Assembly: GCF_030684315.1 (NCBI RefSeq)
Contig: NC_081360.1
Coordinates: forward strand, 10,892,599 to 10,956,598
Direction of reading: 5' to 3'
Origin: Stegostoma tigrinum
Lineage: Eukaryota
Length of the DNA: 64,000 nucleotides
Position numbers and translations under genes: made by a program. The notes below the pieces were generated by a model. It saw nothing but the letters and a program-made list of their open reading frames with translations, was not told where the DNA came from and ran no database searches. Shown here piece by piece: positions 25,351 through 38,700 of the stretch. Numbering within the stretch: position 1 is the stretch's first letter; every line of letters starts with the position of its first letter.

Positions 25351-27829
25351 ACAGCTGTCAGATACTGTATTTGACCAGTTTTGGAATACTGCCTACAACT
25401 CTGGTCTCCTTGTTATAGGAAAGATGTTGTTAAACTTGAAAGGGTTCAAGAAGGATTTACAAGGATATTGCCAGCTTTAGATGGAGGGTTTGAGCGATAA
25501 GGAGAAGCTGAATATACTGAGGTTATTTTCCCTGGAGCATCAGAGACTGAGGGTGACCTTATAGAGGTTTACAAAATCATGAGGGACATGGATAGGGTGA
25601 ATAGACAAGATCTTTTCCACAGAGTGGGGAAGTCCAAAAATAGAGGGCATAGATTTAAGGTGATAGGGAAAAGATTTAAAAGGAATCTAAGGGGCAACGT
25701 TTTCATACAAAGGGTGGTGCGTGTATGGAATGAGCTGCCAGCGGAAGTGGTGGATGCTGGTACAATAACAACATTTAAAAACATCTGGATGAGTAAATGA
25801 ATAGGGTTTAGAGTGATATGGGATAGATGCTGGCAAATGGGACTAGATTAATTTAAGACATCTGGTCGTCATGGCCGAGTTGGATCGAAGGATCTGTTTC
25901 CGTGCTGTACAACTCTATGGCTCTATTGACTCTAAAAGAAATTGTGTTTACCTCTTTATAAAAAATTATTTTGTTGAAAGTCTGACCCTCATACAGAAGA
26001 GTGTTTCCTTGACTGTTAGACTGATTACCAATCATTTTCATTTCCTTTTTATTAACATTTATATTAATTTTTAATTCGGTTGTGTTACATGTTCAGAACC
26101 ATGTTTGCACCTGACCTTCAATACAATACACAGATATTTACTTGCAATTTAATCTAATGAGTGTGTGGGCGATAATACAGCTATTCACCTAAGAGGCATG
26201 AATCCTGACCAGAGAAACCTAGTTAACTTAAGTTCTTATATCATGCTGCCAGGAATTTAGACATTCCAAAGTCAAAAGCTACATATTTAGTATACCCTAT
26301 ATTTCTGTCCTGCCTTACTGTTTAGTGCATGCACAAAGCCAAAGCTTGTCATGGTTGTCAGCAACGATCAGTCAAGGGATTGACATGTTGCTGTGTGGCA
26401 TTGTGCTCCATCAATATCACATCTACTTAACGCTACTTGTACTCAAGCTAAATGGCTTCATCTCAAAATATAAGCAGAATAGGTCAAGTCAAGGAGGACT
26501 CATATTCTGGGTGTAGCCACAGTCAGACAAGAGTATGATCCAATCTCAGTCCAGGGGCTTGGACATTGTCAGTTGGCTGATCAAGGTGGTCAGAGTCAGA
26601 TGTTCAAAATTGTTACAGGAATGACCTTGACTAAATTGTAAGTCCAGTGCAAACAAGTCTAGGGATTCAGTAAATTCAGAGAGCATGCAAAAATTAGCCT
26701 GGGGTCACTTATCAGTCCGAACTGTCGTTTCAAGTCAGTGGAGAGTGTCAATCCTAGGTGTCTGATGTGGATGCCAAGTTGGGGAAGTCAGTTGTGTGGA
26801 TTGGAGGTAGCATGTTGAAATGCAGAGACAGCAACAACTGTGATGGGTGGCAACTCAACATATTAGGTTGGGAGACGATAAAGGATATAAATTACGAGAA
26901 GATGATCAGGGATCAACAGTCATATCGCTCTGGCTATCTTGGGGTACAGTACACCATGATGATGTTTATGACTACATTCTAAAGTTGGGTCTTGAAGATA
27001 ATGCTGGGAGATAAAACACCCAATCTCGTCTGAAAAAGCACCCAGAATGCGCAAAGTAAGTGGTTTCTCCCTGTCCGAGCATACTGGTTCCACTAGTGGG
27101 TGGTTCGAGGCCTTTCAAGGGGCAATTGCATTCAATACCCACTTAAGTTGTGCAGGTTGAAGACATCTGTAATCATAGCATTCTACATGTGAAATACACA
27201 CAGTGAACAAGTATGTTGGATACACATCCTGACCATGAGCAATCTTGAGCATGTCATTGCAGATTATCCATGAAGTTGAAGTAATCACAAGTAACATTAA
27301 TAATGTGGGCCATAATTCACAAAGACAATGTAAAGTCTCATAGGCTGCACAAGGGCATGGAGTAGCTTTCCTCTCACCTTGACTTCCAAGTATTCGCCAA
27401 CATAATCTTATATACAATACTGTCCTTTTTGGGTAACAGGGATGGGAGTAATGAGGAAGTACGTTTCCAGTAATCCTACTGAATTTACAATCTCCTGCTT
27501 TATGTTTGTGACATGACATGATACATACATCAGAATTAGGTATGCTCTGTCAAAGGGCCATGTAGAAGCATTTCATGGTGTCTTTGTCAGAATCCTCCAT
27601 GGTGCACTGTAAAGAAGGCTATGCTATATTCTGAGTGTTGCGAATGTTGAGTGCTCACAATACTAAGGATATGTTCCATTTGTGATATTCCTGACATAGA
27701 TTTATTGGAACAATGAGTCAGCCACAAAAGGCATCATCATTGCTGTTGCCATGGTGGAATGTATATGCCAGCTCGCTCAGGACCAGCAGCTGTCAAACAG
27801 TCTCCAAATGAGAAAATTGCAGTTGATCT

Positions 27830-29690
27830 GATGTGAAGGAGATGCAGGAGGCTCATAAATATTGTTGTAATTGGGGATAGTATAATTAGGGGCATAGACA
27901 CTGCTCTCTGGGACCAGGATTGAGAGCCCAATGGTTGTATTGCCTACCTGGTGCTCGGGTTCAGGATATCTAAACTTGGAATGGGAGGGTAAAGATCCAG
28001 TTGTCATGGTCCATGTAGGTACCAACGACATTGATAAAACTAGGACAGAGGTTCTGCTGAGGGATTATGAACAACTAGGAGCTAAATTAGAAAGCAGAAC
28101 CAAAAAGGTAATGATCTCTGGCTTACTACCTGAGCCACAAGTTAATTGGCACAGGGTAAACAAAGATTATTCAGGTAAATGCATGGCTTAAAGATTTATG
28201 TGGAAGAAATGGGCTTGAATTCATGGGACATTGGCACCAGTACTGGGGATGAAGTAACCCGTTCTGATGGGATGGTCTTCATTGAATTATGCTGGGACCA
28301 GTCTCATAGCAAATCACATAACTAGAGCTGTAAACAGGGCCTTTAAACTAAATGGGGGGTTGGTGGAGGTGGGGTGAGGTGCGTGGGGAAGGTTTAGTTG
28401 TAGGGGAAATTAGAAAACCCAAATTAAAGGAGATAAGAGTACAAGTTAGTGATGTGACAGATGGTTACCAGACAATAAAGGTGAGGGACAGAACGGGTGA
28501 TTGTCTTTATGCACCAAGGACTTATAAAAGAGTAGGGAAATTTACCAGCAGAATAAATTTAAAAGCATTATCTGTAAATACACAAAACATTCAAACAAAA
28601 TTAATGATTAATGATGCAAATGGAAACAAAAGGGTACAGTTGATGGGATATGGTTACAGAGTGACCAGGTCTGGGAATTTAATAACCAAGGGTACTCAGC
28701 ATTTTGGAGGGAAAGAGTGAAAGGACAAGGAAGTGATGTAGCTTTGATGGTGAAGGAACAGATCGGTGCTGTAATGAAAAATGACATAAGCATTGGAGAT
28801 AAAGATGTGGAGTCAGTCTGGATAGAAATAAGTAATTGCAAAGGGAAGCAGTACTTGGTAGGAGTAATCTGTAGGTCTCCAAACAGTAGTTCCACAGTAG
28901 GGCACGGTATAAAATATTAATATTAGAGGCTTGCAAGAAAGGTATGACAATAATCATGGGTGACTTTAACATGTACATAGAAAGGAAGAATTTAATTGGC
29001 AAGGGGAGCCTGGAGGCAGAGTTCATTGAATGTATGAGAGTTTGTTTCCCAAAGCAGTATGTTGTGGAATTGACTAGGGAGCAGGCTACTCTAGATTTGG
29101 TATTGTGTAATGAGGAGAGATTAATTGATGACATTGTAGTTAAGGATCCTCTAGGGAGTAGTGACCACAATGTGATAGAATTCAAAATTCAGTTGGGGGT
29201 GAGAAAGTGCAGTCCCACAGTGGTGTTCGAGAATTAAACATAGGAAATTACATAGGCATGAGGACAGATTTGGCCTGAGTATCCGGACTTCTGGCAGACG
29301 TTTGATAAGGTGCCACACAAAAGGTTAATTCACAAGGTTGGATCATGTGGGATTAGGTGTAATTTATTAGCTTAGATAGGTGACTGGCTAATGGACAGAG
29401 GGTAGAGAGTTCGATTAATGGGTCTTTTTCTGATTGCAAGAAGTAACTGGTGGTGTGCTTCAGAGTTTTATCCTTGGGACCCAGCCATTTACAGTCTACA
29501 TTAACGACTTAGATAGAGGGATAGAAGGCATTATAGCCAAATTTGCGGACAATACAAAAATAGGCGGGACAGTAAACTGCAATGAACAAATAAGAACCTT
29601 ACAAATAGATATAGCTGTTTAGGAGAATGAGCCAAAATGTGGCAGATGGAGTTTAACGTGGATAAGTGAGAGATCATGCATTTTTGACTA
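27830..29690 (+). mobile_element. CR1 LINE with ORF1 SGNH esterase, APE endonuclease and internally deleted RT
   Basis: VVIGDSIIRG and VVMVHVGTNDI...VMISGLLP (esterase); ESVWIEI..VGVICRSP, IIMGDFN, LDLVLCN and SSDHNVIEF (APE); AKFADNTKIGG (RT). Confidence 0.85.
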
Positions 29691-29759
29691 AGTCTGCCCC
29701 GATATCTCATGAACTTATGAAGTCAGAGTTTATGGTTCTCTATACCATTTCCTCCTGAT

Positions 29760-31990
29760 GAGAAAGGGACATTATCACCATAGACTAAGGAAGTCCCAGT
29801 ATGCTGTCACAGAACTATGCCATCTGCTGGACTAAGACCTGCGACCTGACCAGGAGGGTGCCTATTCTATTACAGTGGCTGTCAAGGTGATAGCTGCATT
29901 AATTTTTATATAACTGGCTGCTTCCGAGTATCCAGTCAGAACCTTACTAGAACCACTCAGTTCTTAACCCACAAATTTTTCAAGGCTTTTTCAAGCAATT
30001 TACGATGGATCACACTTCATCTCGTTTCCCCAAAATGATGTCCATATTCAACCAAGACAACTGGCTTAGCCAACCAAAGTATAAGCTATTACTACAAAGT
30101 AATAGGCTTCTCTGGTAAAAAAGGTGTTCCATTCTATCAGTGTGCAAGTCTCCTACAATCATCGTAACCACCTTTTAGAAGACAGCACCATCATGTCTAC
30201 ATCGTACTGCAATGCCTACATCCTTGAGAACTCACATGTTCCTGTTTCATTTAAAGGGCTAGATAATTTGCAAGGATGGTTTTTGGGAGATCAGGACTCC
30301 TTCTGCAGATGACTGCATCACACAATAGTCTGACAAAGGCCAAATGGAGGCACAATGCAGTCTATACTTCTACCAGGGCCATAGTGAAGCAGATCAGAGG
30401 GCTACAGAAGATGAGGATCCAAAATGTGAATTGTTTGTGAGAACAGGAATGGGAGTTTTGAGATGGCGCATATAGTATTCCCCTGTTCAAGAAGGGGAGT
30501 AGAGACAACCCTGGTAATTATAGACCAGTGAGCCTTACCTCAGTTGTTGGTAAAGTGTTGGAAAAGGTTAGAAGGGATAGGATTTATAATCATCTAGAAA
30601 AGAATAAATTGATTCGGGATAGTCAGCACGGTTTTGTGAAGGGAAGGTCGTGCTTCACAAACCTTATTGAGTTCTTTGAGAAGGTGACCAAACAGGTAGA
30701 TGAGAGTAAACCGGTTGATGTGGTGTATATGGATTTCAGCAAGGTGTTTGATAAGGTTCCCCACAATAGGCTATTGTACAAAATGCGGAGGAATGGAATT
30801 GTGGGTGATATAACAGCTTAGATCGGAAATTGGCTTGCTGAAAGAAGACAGAGGGTGGTAGTTGATGGGAAATGTTCATCCTGGAGACCAGTTACTAGTG
30901 GTGTACCACAAGGGTCGGTGTTGGGTCCACTGCTGTTTGTCATTTTTATAAATGACCTGGATGAGGGCGTAGAAGGATGGGTTAGTAAATTTGCAGACGA
31001 CACTAAGGTCGGTGGAGTTGTGGATAGTGACGAAGGATGCTGTAGGTTGCAGAGAGACATAGATAAGCTGCAGAGCTGGGCTGAGAGGTGGCAAATGGAG
31101 TTTAATGCAGACAAGCGTGAGGTGATGCACTTTGGTAGGAGTAACCAGAAGGCAAAGTACAGGGCTAATGGTAAGATTCTTAGTAGTGTAGATGAGCAGA
31201 GAGATCTCGGTGTCCATGTACACAGATCCTTGAAAGTTGCCACCCAGGTTGACAGGGCTGTTAAGAAGGCATACAGTGTTTTAGCTTTTATTAATAGAGG
31301 GATTAAGTTCCGGAACCAAGAGGTTATGGTGAAGCTGTACAAAACTCTGGTGCGGCCGCACTTGGAGTATTGCGTACAGTTCTGGTCACCGCATTATAAG
31401 GAAGATGTGGAAGCTTTGGAAAGGGTGCAGAGGAGATTTACTAGGATGTTGCCTGGTATGGTGGGAAGGTCTTACGAGGAAAGGCTGAGGGACTTGAGGC
31501 TGTTTTCGCTAGAGAGAAGAAGGTTGAGAGGTGACTAAATTGAAACATATAAAATAATCAGAGGGTTAGATAGGGTGGATAGGGAGATCCTTTTTCCCAG
31601 GATGGTGACGGTGAGCACGAGGGGGCATAGCTTTAAATTGAGGGGTGAAAGATATAGGACAGATGTCAGAGGTAGTTTCTTTACTCAGAGAGTAGTAAGG
31701 GAATGGAACGCTTTGCCTGCAACAGTAGTAGATTTGCCAACTTTAGGTACATTTAAGTCGTCATTGGATAAGCATATGGACGTACATGGAATAGTGTAGA
31801 TTAGATGGGCTTGAGATCGGTATGACAGGTCAGCACAACATTGAGGGCCGAAGGGCCTGTACTGTGCTGTAATGTTCTATGTTCTATGTTCCCTAGACAG
31901 TGTAAGTCGCATGATCCTTTCATGCTGTTTTCTGCACACCTGGTGCAGGCAAAGAGAGGATGCAATGGATGTTGAAGAATTTGGAAGACC
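29760..31990 (+). mobile_element. PIF/Harbinger (HARBI1-like DDE) transposase remnant split by a CR1 (30465-31888)
   Basis: VTELCHLL, VAVKVIAAL..F..TGCF, FHSISVQVSYNH, AYILENS..LQGWFLGDQ and STRAIVKQI.GL.KMR lie before the CR1. DSVSRMILSCCFLH resumes right after it. Confidence 0.75.
30465..31888 (+). mobile_element. Relatively young 5'-truncated CR1 LINE (RT and 3' UTR)
   Basis: Near-intact RT: ORF 30855-31538 with SGVPQGSVLGPLLFVIFINDLD...SKFADDTK...LVRPHLEYCVQFWSP. Only isolated stops; (TTCTATG)n tail. Confidence 0.95.
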
Positions 31991-32639
31991 TGTAGCATTC
32001 TACAGAGGCACACATTGAGCTGGAGGAGCATCACCTTCAAAGTGACAGAGCAGTGCAACATCGGGCACTAAACAGGATAAAGCTGACACTTGGGGTTCCA
32101 ATTAATGTGAGTTGGGTGAAGAGACCATTCAACATTTGTTACTGAGTGAAAAAATATTTTCTTGTAAAATCCTTGCTTCTTTTGAAAATCACTTTAAATC
32201 TATGCTGACTTGTTCTGCTTCCTTTTATGAATGGGGACAGTTCTATCTACTCTACCCGTCCTGCTCCCAATTTTAAAAATCTTTGTCAGATTTCAGTTTT
32301 ACTCCCAGGGTTCTTCAGTCTATGCTCATACACAAGTTTCCCATTCTTGGAATCAATTTTGTAAATTGCATCTGCATTCTCTCCAATGTGTTCACATATT
32401 TCCTATTATGTGTTGCGCGAACTGTACACAATACTATAGCTGATGTCTAACAAGTGTCTTATGCAAGTTCAAAGTCATCACCCTGTTCTTTGACTCCATG
32501 CCTGTGTTAATCAACCCATATATACTGTATGCTTTACCTAGTGCTCTCTTCAGGTGCCCTGCCACGTTCAATGATACGTGCACATATACACTCAATGTTC
32601 TTCCTACCAAACAGCATCTCCTCACACTTCTCTGGTATA

Positions 32640-32820
32640 TGGAAAAAGTCCTCCTGGTTCACTAATATCCTTTAAGGAAGGAATCTGCCCTCCTTACCTG
32701 GTCTGACTGTCGGTCACAGCAATGCAACTGGTATTTAACTGCCCTTTAGGCAATTAGGGATCAGCAATAAATGCTGGTCCAGCCAGTGACACCTACATCC
32801 TATGAATGAATTTTTAAAAA
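32640..32820 (+). mobile_element. SINE 3' portion sharing its tail with the LINE at 13950-15225
   Basis: ctggttcactaatatcctttaaggaagg...ggcaattagggatcagcaataaatgctggtccagccagtgacacctacatcctatgaatgaat. Confidence 0.6.
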
Positions 32821-34348
32821 CGCTTCGCCACCATAAAAGTTAAACTGACTGGTCTGTATTGCTGGGATTGTCCTTACTTGAACAATGCTGTAATGCTTAC
32901 ACACGTCCAGTCTTATGGTTTTTCACCAAACTGAGATTATGGAAAGTGCCCCTGTAAAACTGAATTTCAGGTTTTTCCAATGCATGCATCTTGAATGCAT
33001 CTGACCTGGTCCTGGTGCCTTGTCAGCTTCAACTACCATCAGTTTGTCCAACACTTCTTCCTTACCAAGTTTGAACCTTTCTGGTGATAGAGTTTCTTTC
33101 CCACTATGTTGTCACTGTGATAACATCTGTCTTTTAGGTAACGAACAGTACAAGCGATTCACTTGTCTCCTGTCCCATGTGCAAATCCCCTTTTTGACCT
33201 GTAATTTGCCCTATTCCTCCTTTCATTATTGATATGCAGAGAGAAGACTTTGAAACATGCATGTTTACTATCAGTCTTTTCTCAGAATTCCTCTTTGCTT
33301 TTCTTGTTTGCTTCCTCACTTCCTCTTTCATGTTCTTCTTGGTTCTTAATTTTATTTGCTTGTTGACACCAATCATAAGCATGCTTGTTCTTCTTTATCT
33401 TCGTTTCTACCTCCTTTTTCCTACCTTTCTATTTGTTGGTCCTACTTTTCTCATTTGAAGGAATACATCTTGACTATACCCAAACTATTTCCCCTTTGAC
33501 TGTACCCCACTTTTCATTTACTGTTTTTTTTTCATCAGCTTCTCATTTCCAGATCAATCCTGCCTAATTCTGTTATTGCACCGTTGAATTTTGCCCTTTG
33601 CCAATTGATTTTTCTCATTCCACATTCCTCTTCACGATCAAGCTGAACAGTACGATAATGACCACTGACCCCTAAATGCCCATCACTGACATTTTATCAA
33701 CTTGGCTCACCTCATTTCCAAGTACTAGGTCCAACAATGCATCCTTTCTTGTTGGACTTGATACATACTGCTGTGGAAAGTTCTCCTTCATGAAATCCAG
33801 GAGCACTTGCCTCTTGCTATCTTCTACGCTATCATTATTCCAGTCCATATTTGGGTGATTGAAGTCTCCTTTATTATTACTCTATAATGTTCATCTTTCT
33901 GTAATTTCCCTGCGGATTGGTAATGAACAGTACAAGTGATTCACTTGTCTCCTGTCCCATGCCATGCCTTTCTTGATGGTTGTTCCTTTCCACTTGTTGT
34001 GGTCAAAAAATTACACCAAGTAATGTAATTATATACTTTTTGTTCCACAGCTGTAGACAAATTAGTTCTGTTGTTGGATCTGCTGAGACATCCTCTTGCT
34101 CCAGCACTCAATACTGCCCTTATCCAACACTGCTCTGCCTTCTCCTTTCCTTCTTTTTCTGTTGTTTCTGAGCACCTTATATCTAGGAATATTTAACACC
34201 TAGTGTTGCCCTTCCTTGAGCCAGATCTCTGTAATCACCACAACATCTTACTTCTCCTTAGTAATCTGCACCTGTAACTCCCCAACCTTATTCACTATAC
34301 TTTACATTCACATATGTGCACAGTAACTTTGAATATATTATTTTTCTT

Positions 34349-34660
34349 GGGCAGCACTGTGGCTCAGTGGTTAGCACTGCAGCCTCACAGCGCCAGGGAC
34401 CCAGATTTGATTCCAGCCACAGGTAACTGTCTGTGTGGAGTTTGCACATTCTCCCCGTGTCTGCGTGGGTTTCCTCCAGGTGCTCCGGTTTCCTCCCACA
34501 GTCCAAAGATGTGCAAGCTAGGTGGATTGGCCATGCTAAATTGCCCATAGCGATCAGGGGTGTGTGGGTTACAGGAGTATGGGTCTGGGTGGGATGTTCC
34601 AAGGGGCGGTGTGGACTTGTTGGGCCGAAGGGCCTGTTTCCACACTGTAGGGAATCTAAA
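34349..34660 (+). mobile_element. HE1-like SINE
   Basis: Close match to 7816-8131 over the full length. Confidence 0.9.
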
Positions 34661-35234
34661 CTTCAATTCTTTTTCCCTTACTCCAACTTCACCTATCGAC
34701 TTGCCATTCTCTAAGTTAGTGCAAATTGTATCCCCAGTTTTTTTGTGAACCATTTACTATTCTCTCTTGGCCCCTAGACACCTGCCAAATTAGTTTAATG
34801 CCCTCTCAACAACACAGATGCCATCTTTTCCAGAGCTGGTCCCAGTGTCCCAGGAATTCAAAGCTCCTCCTCTTGCACTATTTTTTCTAACCACACATTC
34901 ATCTGACTTAAGCCTTCTATTTTATACACACTTGTGCCTGGCACTGGGAGCAGTCAGAGATTTCTACATTTGAGGTTCTGCTTGCTAACTTTCCAAACAG
35001 CTTCCTAAATTCTGATTGCAGGACCACATGTCCTTCCAAACTGTGCAGTAAGTACCAATGTAGGTCACAGCCGCTGGCGGTTCACCTTCTGCCAGAAGAA
35101 TACACCGCAGCCTCTCTGTGATACCCCTGACCCTGGCACCAAGGAGGAAACTTAGCAACCTGGAACTATGTTGATAACCACAGAGATGTCTGTATGTTCC
35201 CCTTGGTGTTCCCTCTTCTTGTTCTTCTCCTGCA

Positions 35235-35765
35235 CAGCTGATCTACCCATAACTGTGATAACTGACAATTTTATACTTTGGAAGCAGAAAGATCTGGTCC
35301 TGGCAAAATGGAAACAGCTAGTGGTATTGGGGGAAATCAAAGGGCCATTGCATCCAGAATTGAAATATTTCTGGACCCAGAGAAACCAGGTCACAGTAGA
35401 AGACGGCATACTATTATGGGGAGCAAGAATGATTGTCCTGAGCAAATATCACTGCCAAATACTGACTGAACAACATCCGGGTATTTCTGAAATGAAGGTG
35501 TTGGCGAAATGTTATGTCTGGGGTAGCCAGGCTTGCATGGATACATAATGGCATTGGTAGGGAAGTGCCCAGAGTGCCAGAGTGCCAATGACGACAATGG
35601 TTTTCACCAACAGCTCCCAAACATTCATGGGAATGGCTGGGTAAACCATGGACTTGGTTACACATCGACAGTGTAGGACTTTTCATTGGTACTATGTTCT
35701 TAGTCATTACGGATGCCCCATCAAAGTGGCTGGATGTGCACACAGTTCATTTATTAAATATGGGA
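35235..35765 (+). mobile_element. Ty3/Gypsy pol fragment (integrase H2C2 zinc finger and start of the catalytic core)
   Basis: EDGILLWGARMIV...HPGISEMKVLAKCYVW...CPECQ...WEWLGKPWTWLHIDSVG.F.GTMFLVITDAPSKWLDV. Confidence 0.8.
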
Positions 35766-38700
35766 ATAGTTAAGTAAAGGGTGACTTTGTGATGGGGTAT
35801 CAGCATCTGTAGAGTTATTTCTTCACCAATACCTCCAATCAGAATTCAAGAGGAAGTTATTTATTCCAAGCCCAATAATAATGTGGAATTCACTGCTGCA
35901 TCACGTAGTAAGCATGGATACATTTAAGGACAAACTGCTGCATGAGGAAAATAGTAAAGAAAGGAAATGTTGGTACATGAGATGAAATTGAGTGGTAGAG
36001 GCTTGCACAGGGCAGACATAACGACACAAACCAGGTCAAAGTACTTGTTTGTACTTGTTTAGCTGCTGAAATCTACTGTGTGATTTGGCCTGTTCTCAAT
36101 GAAGTTCGTTTGTGTTACCTTAAATTTCAGGCATACTCAAAAGCATTTTAGAGTCTGTTTATCAACTTCACCAAGGAAGTTGGTGTCCTGCAGATTGGAA
36201 ACTCAATATATGGACATACTATTCCTGAATAATTTCTTTGGTCTTGCTTTGGACCTCAACCAGAGGAAAATTCAATTCTATACAGGCATCCTTTCACAAA
36301 TGTCATGAGCTTGAGTCACTGGCATATGAATGTACTTTAAGTTTTAGTGCAATTAAAGCTGTTCTGCTGACAATGAAAAAGAAATTGAACTTGAAGGCAT
36401 TTTTAGACAGTACAGAAGATTAGATGAATATGAATTAAAAGTCAAACTCAAGACTTCAAGACAAAGGGCCACCTGGGATCTTCACTTTGCCTGAGTTGCT
36501 GCTTTACTTTTTACTTCTTGTATTTCAAACAATTTAATTCTATGCAGAAAACTGTGAGAAATAGAATAGCCTACTGTACAAATGCCATTCTTTCTAGCAG
36601 AAGAAGTAATCTGACTATATTATCTGAAGGTGATCTCACACCATCACCTCATTATTTTATTTGCCAGGGTGTTGACATAACTAATTCACATGAACCAAGT
36701 CATGGACAGCACTCTCAAGAGATTCTGTGTCTGTGGAGCTCCAGCGACACTTGACAAGGTCTTTTTGAAATAAAGGCCCAATATGACAATAGCTTCCCAC
36801 ACCTGCATTCTAAACCTTCTCTCCGATATCACAACAATGACATAGTCTGTTTGCTCCAACTTTCTGGATTTGTCGTTTTGTTTTTGTTTTAATCTGTATT
36901 TTCTCACAAATACAGCATTTCCCACCACTTTCACTCCCTATCACTCAACCTCCTGTTCCCTAAATCGAGTACTGTCTTTAGGAGATGCTTAATGTCTAGT
37001 TGTTGTGCTTCTTTGCTGTACAATCATAGATGCTACCTCTTCCCATTCTACTGGGTTCATTACAGTTATTAATCAAAATTTTCACCATGCAGTGCAGCCG
37101 GCAGTCCAACTTCAGCAATTACTCCGTCACCATACCACTCCTAGAATTGACAGCAGTTGTTCTTTCTGAGCCATTGAGGGTCCTAGGAAGGCAGCAGCTG
37201 GGACCCCACTCCACTTCATGCACCAGGTTCCATAACAACTGAAGAAAAGCTTCATACTCAGCAGTAATACTCTAGCACCAAAATTAGAGATGGAAAAAGG
37301 AGGCTACCTCCACAACTTTCAGAGATACAGTATGTGGAAATTTTACAGCCAAATTGCTGCCCTGTTGAGTAGATCCTGAGAGATATCAGTATTTGGCAGC
37401 ATGAACTCAGTCTCAGTGAACTTACTTGCCTCAGCTTCCAGAACAATTGAATTGGTGACAAGTAACGGACTCATACCAAGTAAATCATGCTCTCACCTCT
37501 TTCTCCTTATGCAAGAGTCCTTCTCCCTGGGAGGTACAGAAGGATCTGTCATAGGGATGGGCCAATTGCATTGGAATTTCAAAGTGGTAGGATTAGAACT
37601 CACATCTACTTTGGGGTTCCTCTTTCACAGAGGTAAATCCTAATCCAAGCTTTTCACCATTTTTTGAAGAATGCCTCCTGCTTCCTTTTTAGCACAGTTG
37701 AAGAAGGAGACCTCCATGTAAGTTGCAGTCTCTGACTCCACAAACCAAACTCTCTCCATCATCCCTACACCCAAAGGCACAGTCGCAGGGTCACATAGGA
37801 CACTCTTTTAAGCATGGGGGTACACACGAGCAAAGGCTCATGGGCAGGCTCACTATCTAGGAACTTGCCTCAAGGTGTTTGGTTTTTCATTGTGCATTTC
37901 AGGTATAGGTAAGTCCCATTATCTAATTGGAATGATTAACGTTTGAGGGTTCAGATGAAGAAATGAGACTAGGGAGAGGTGCAGCAATGACAACTTTGGC
38001 TGTCTAAGTTCTTTTGTCACAAAAGATAGATAGCTTTTTTTCATCTATGCCCCATCTCTTTACAGTATGTCACCGCACACTGTCTGAGATACAGAAGATA
38101 CTGGAGGTGGCTCCTTAATGCTGGATGGTGAATACATCCTCTGTGTCTTCCTCCCACATCATTTTCTCAAAATACTTTATCCTTTGATGGAGAAGATGTG
38201 CAAAAGGCTAGTCTTTCTGATGCAAAACAGGATTATCACTGTACATGATCTCACTGTCCAAGTTGCAAAGATGGGGTACTTGAAGAATATAAGTGTAATA
38301 AAGGATGGGACAATTGAGATGTCTGATTACTGCACAGTGGCTTTTACAGTAGCCACTGGGAGGGTAGTGTCTCCTGTGTTATGTTCCCTCTCAAGGACCC
38401 CATTCACACAAGATGCTCATAAAGCATTCTGCCTTCATGTATATTTTTCAGTTGGCTTCATTGGCTGAAGGACTGACAACCTCACCGTAGCTTACATGTC
38501 GACAGGGTTGCCAGAGCAGGAATAACATAGCAGCCACTGCCGCTGAGTTCCTGGAGGACCCAACAGACAAATTTGGAGTAGCCAATTAAAACATTGTTGC
38601 CACTCAAGTCGCAGGCCTAATGTTCCTAATGATGTCCTCAAAAGGCATAAATGTAAATGGAGAACAAGAAAATAAATCTCCCTTTGTAATGGAAGAGTAA

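Larger units (their letters stand above)
20030..25925 (+). mobile_element. CR1 LINE ORF2 and 3' end, split by a Penelope insertion (20874-21703) and an antisense CR1 (22539-25350)
   Basis: Colinear ORF2 motifs resume across each insert: ...ANMVPLFEK..GNYK|PVSLTSVVGKLLE...QGSALDPVLFVIYTND..ADDTK...LYRIL|..RPVLEYC..WSP...FIQRVV, ending in a (ctctat)-type tail. Confidence 0.88.
32150..35215 (-). mobile_element. Old antisense CR1 LINE (ORF1 esterase to 3' end) with nested SINEs
   Basis: Minus-strand VYVHVSLNVAGHLKRALGKAYSIYGLINTGME...LHKTLVRHQL plus endonuclease and esterase remnants; heavily decayed. Confidence 0.7.

Noticed and set aside
26300-27720. Possible ancient antisense LINE RT fragments (also ~10280-10810)
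   Set aside because: Only isolated, ambiguous motif echoes; I could not assign a clade or boundaries.
30818-31342. 174-aa antisense ORF and similar antisense ORFs over Penelope copies
   Set aside because: These are shadow frames of RT coding sequence.
38100-38470. Possible further Harbinger transposase N-terminus (MEKMCKRLV...TVAFTVATG)
   Set aside because: The similarity is too weak to support without a search.
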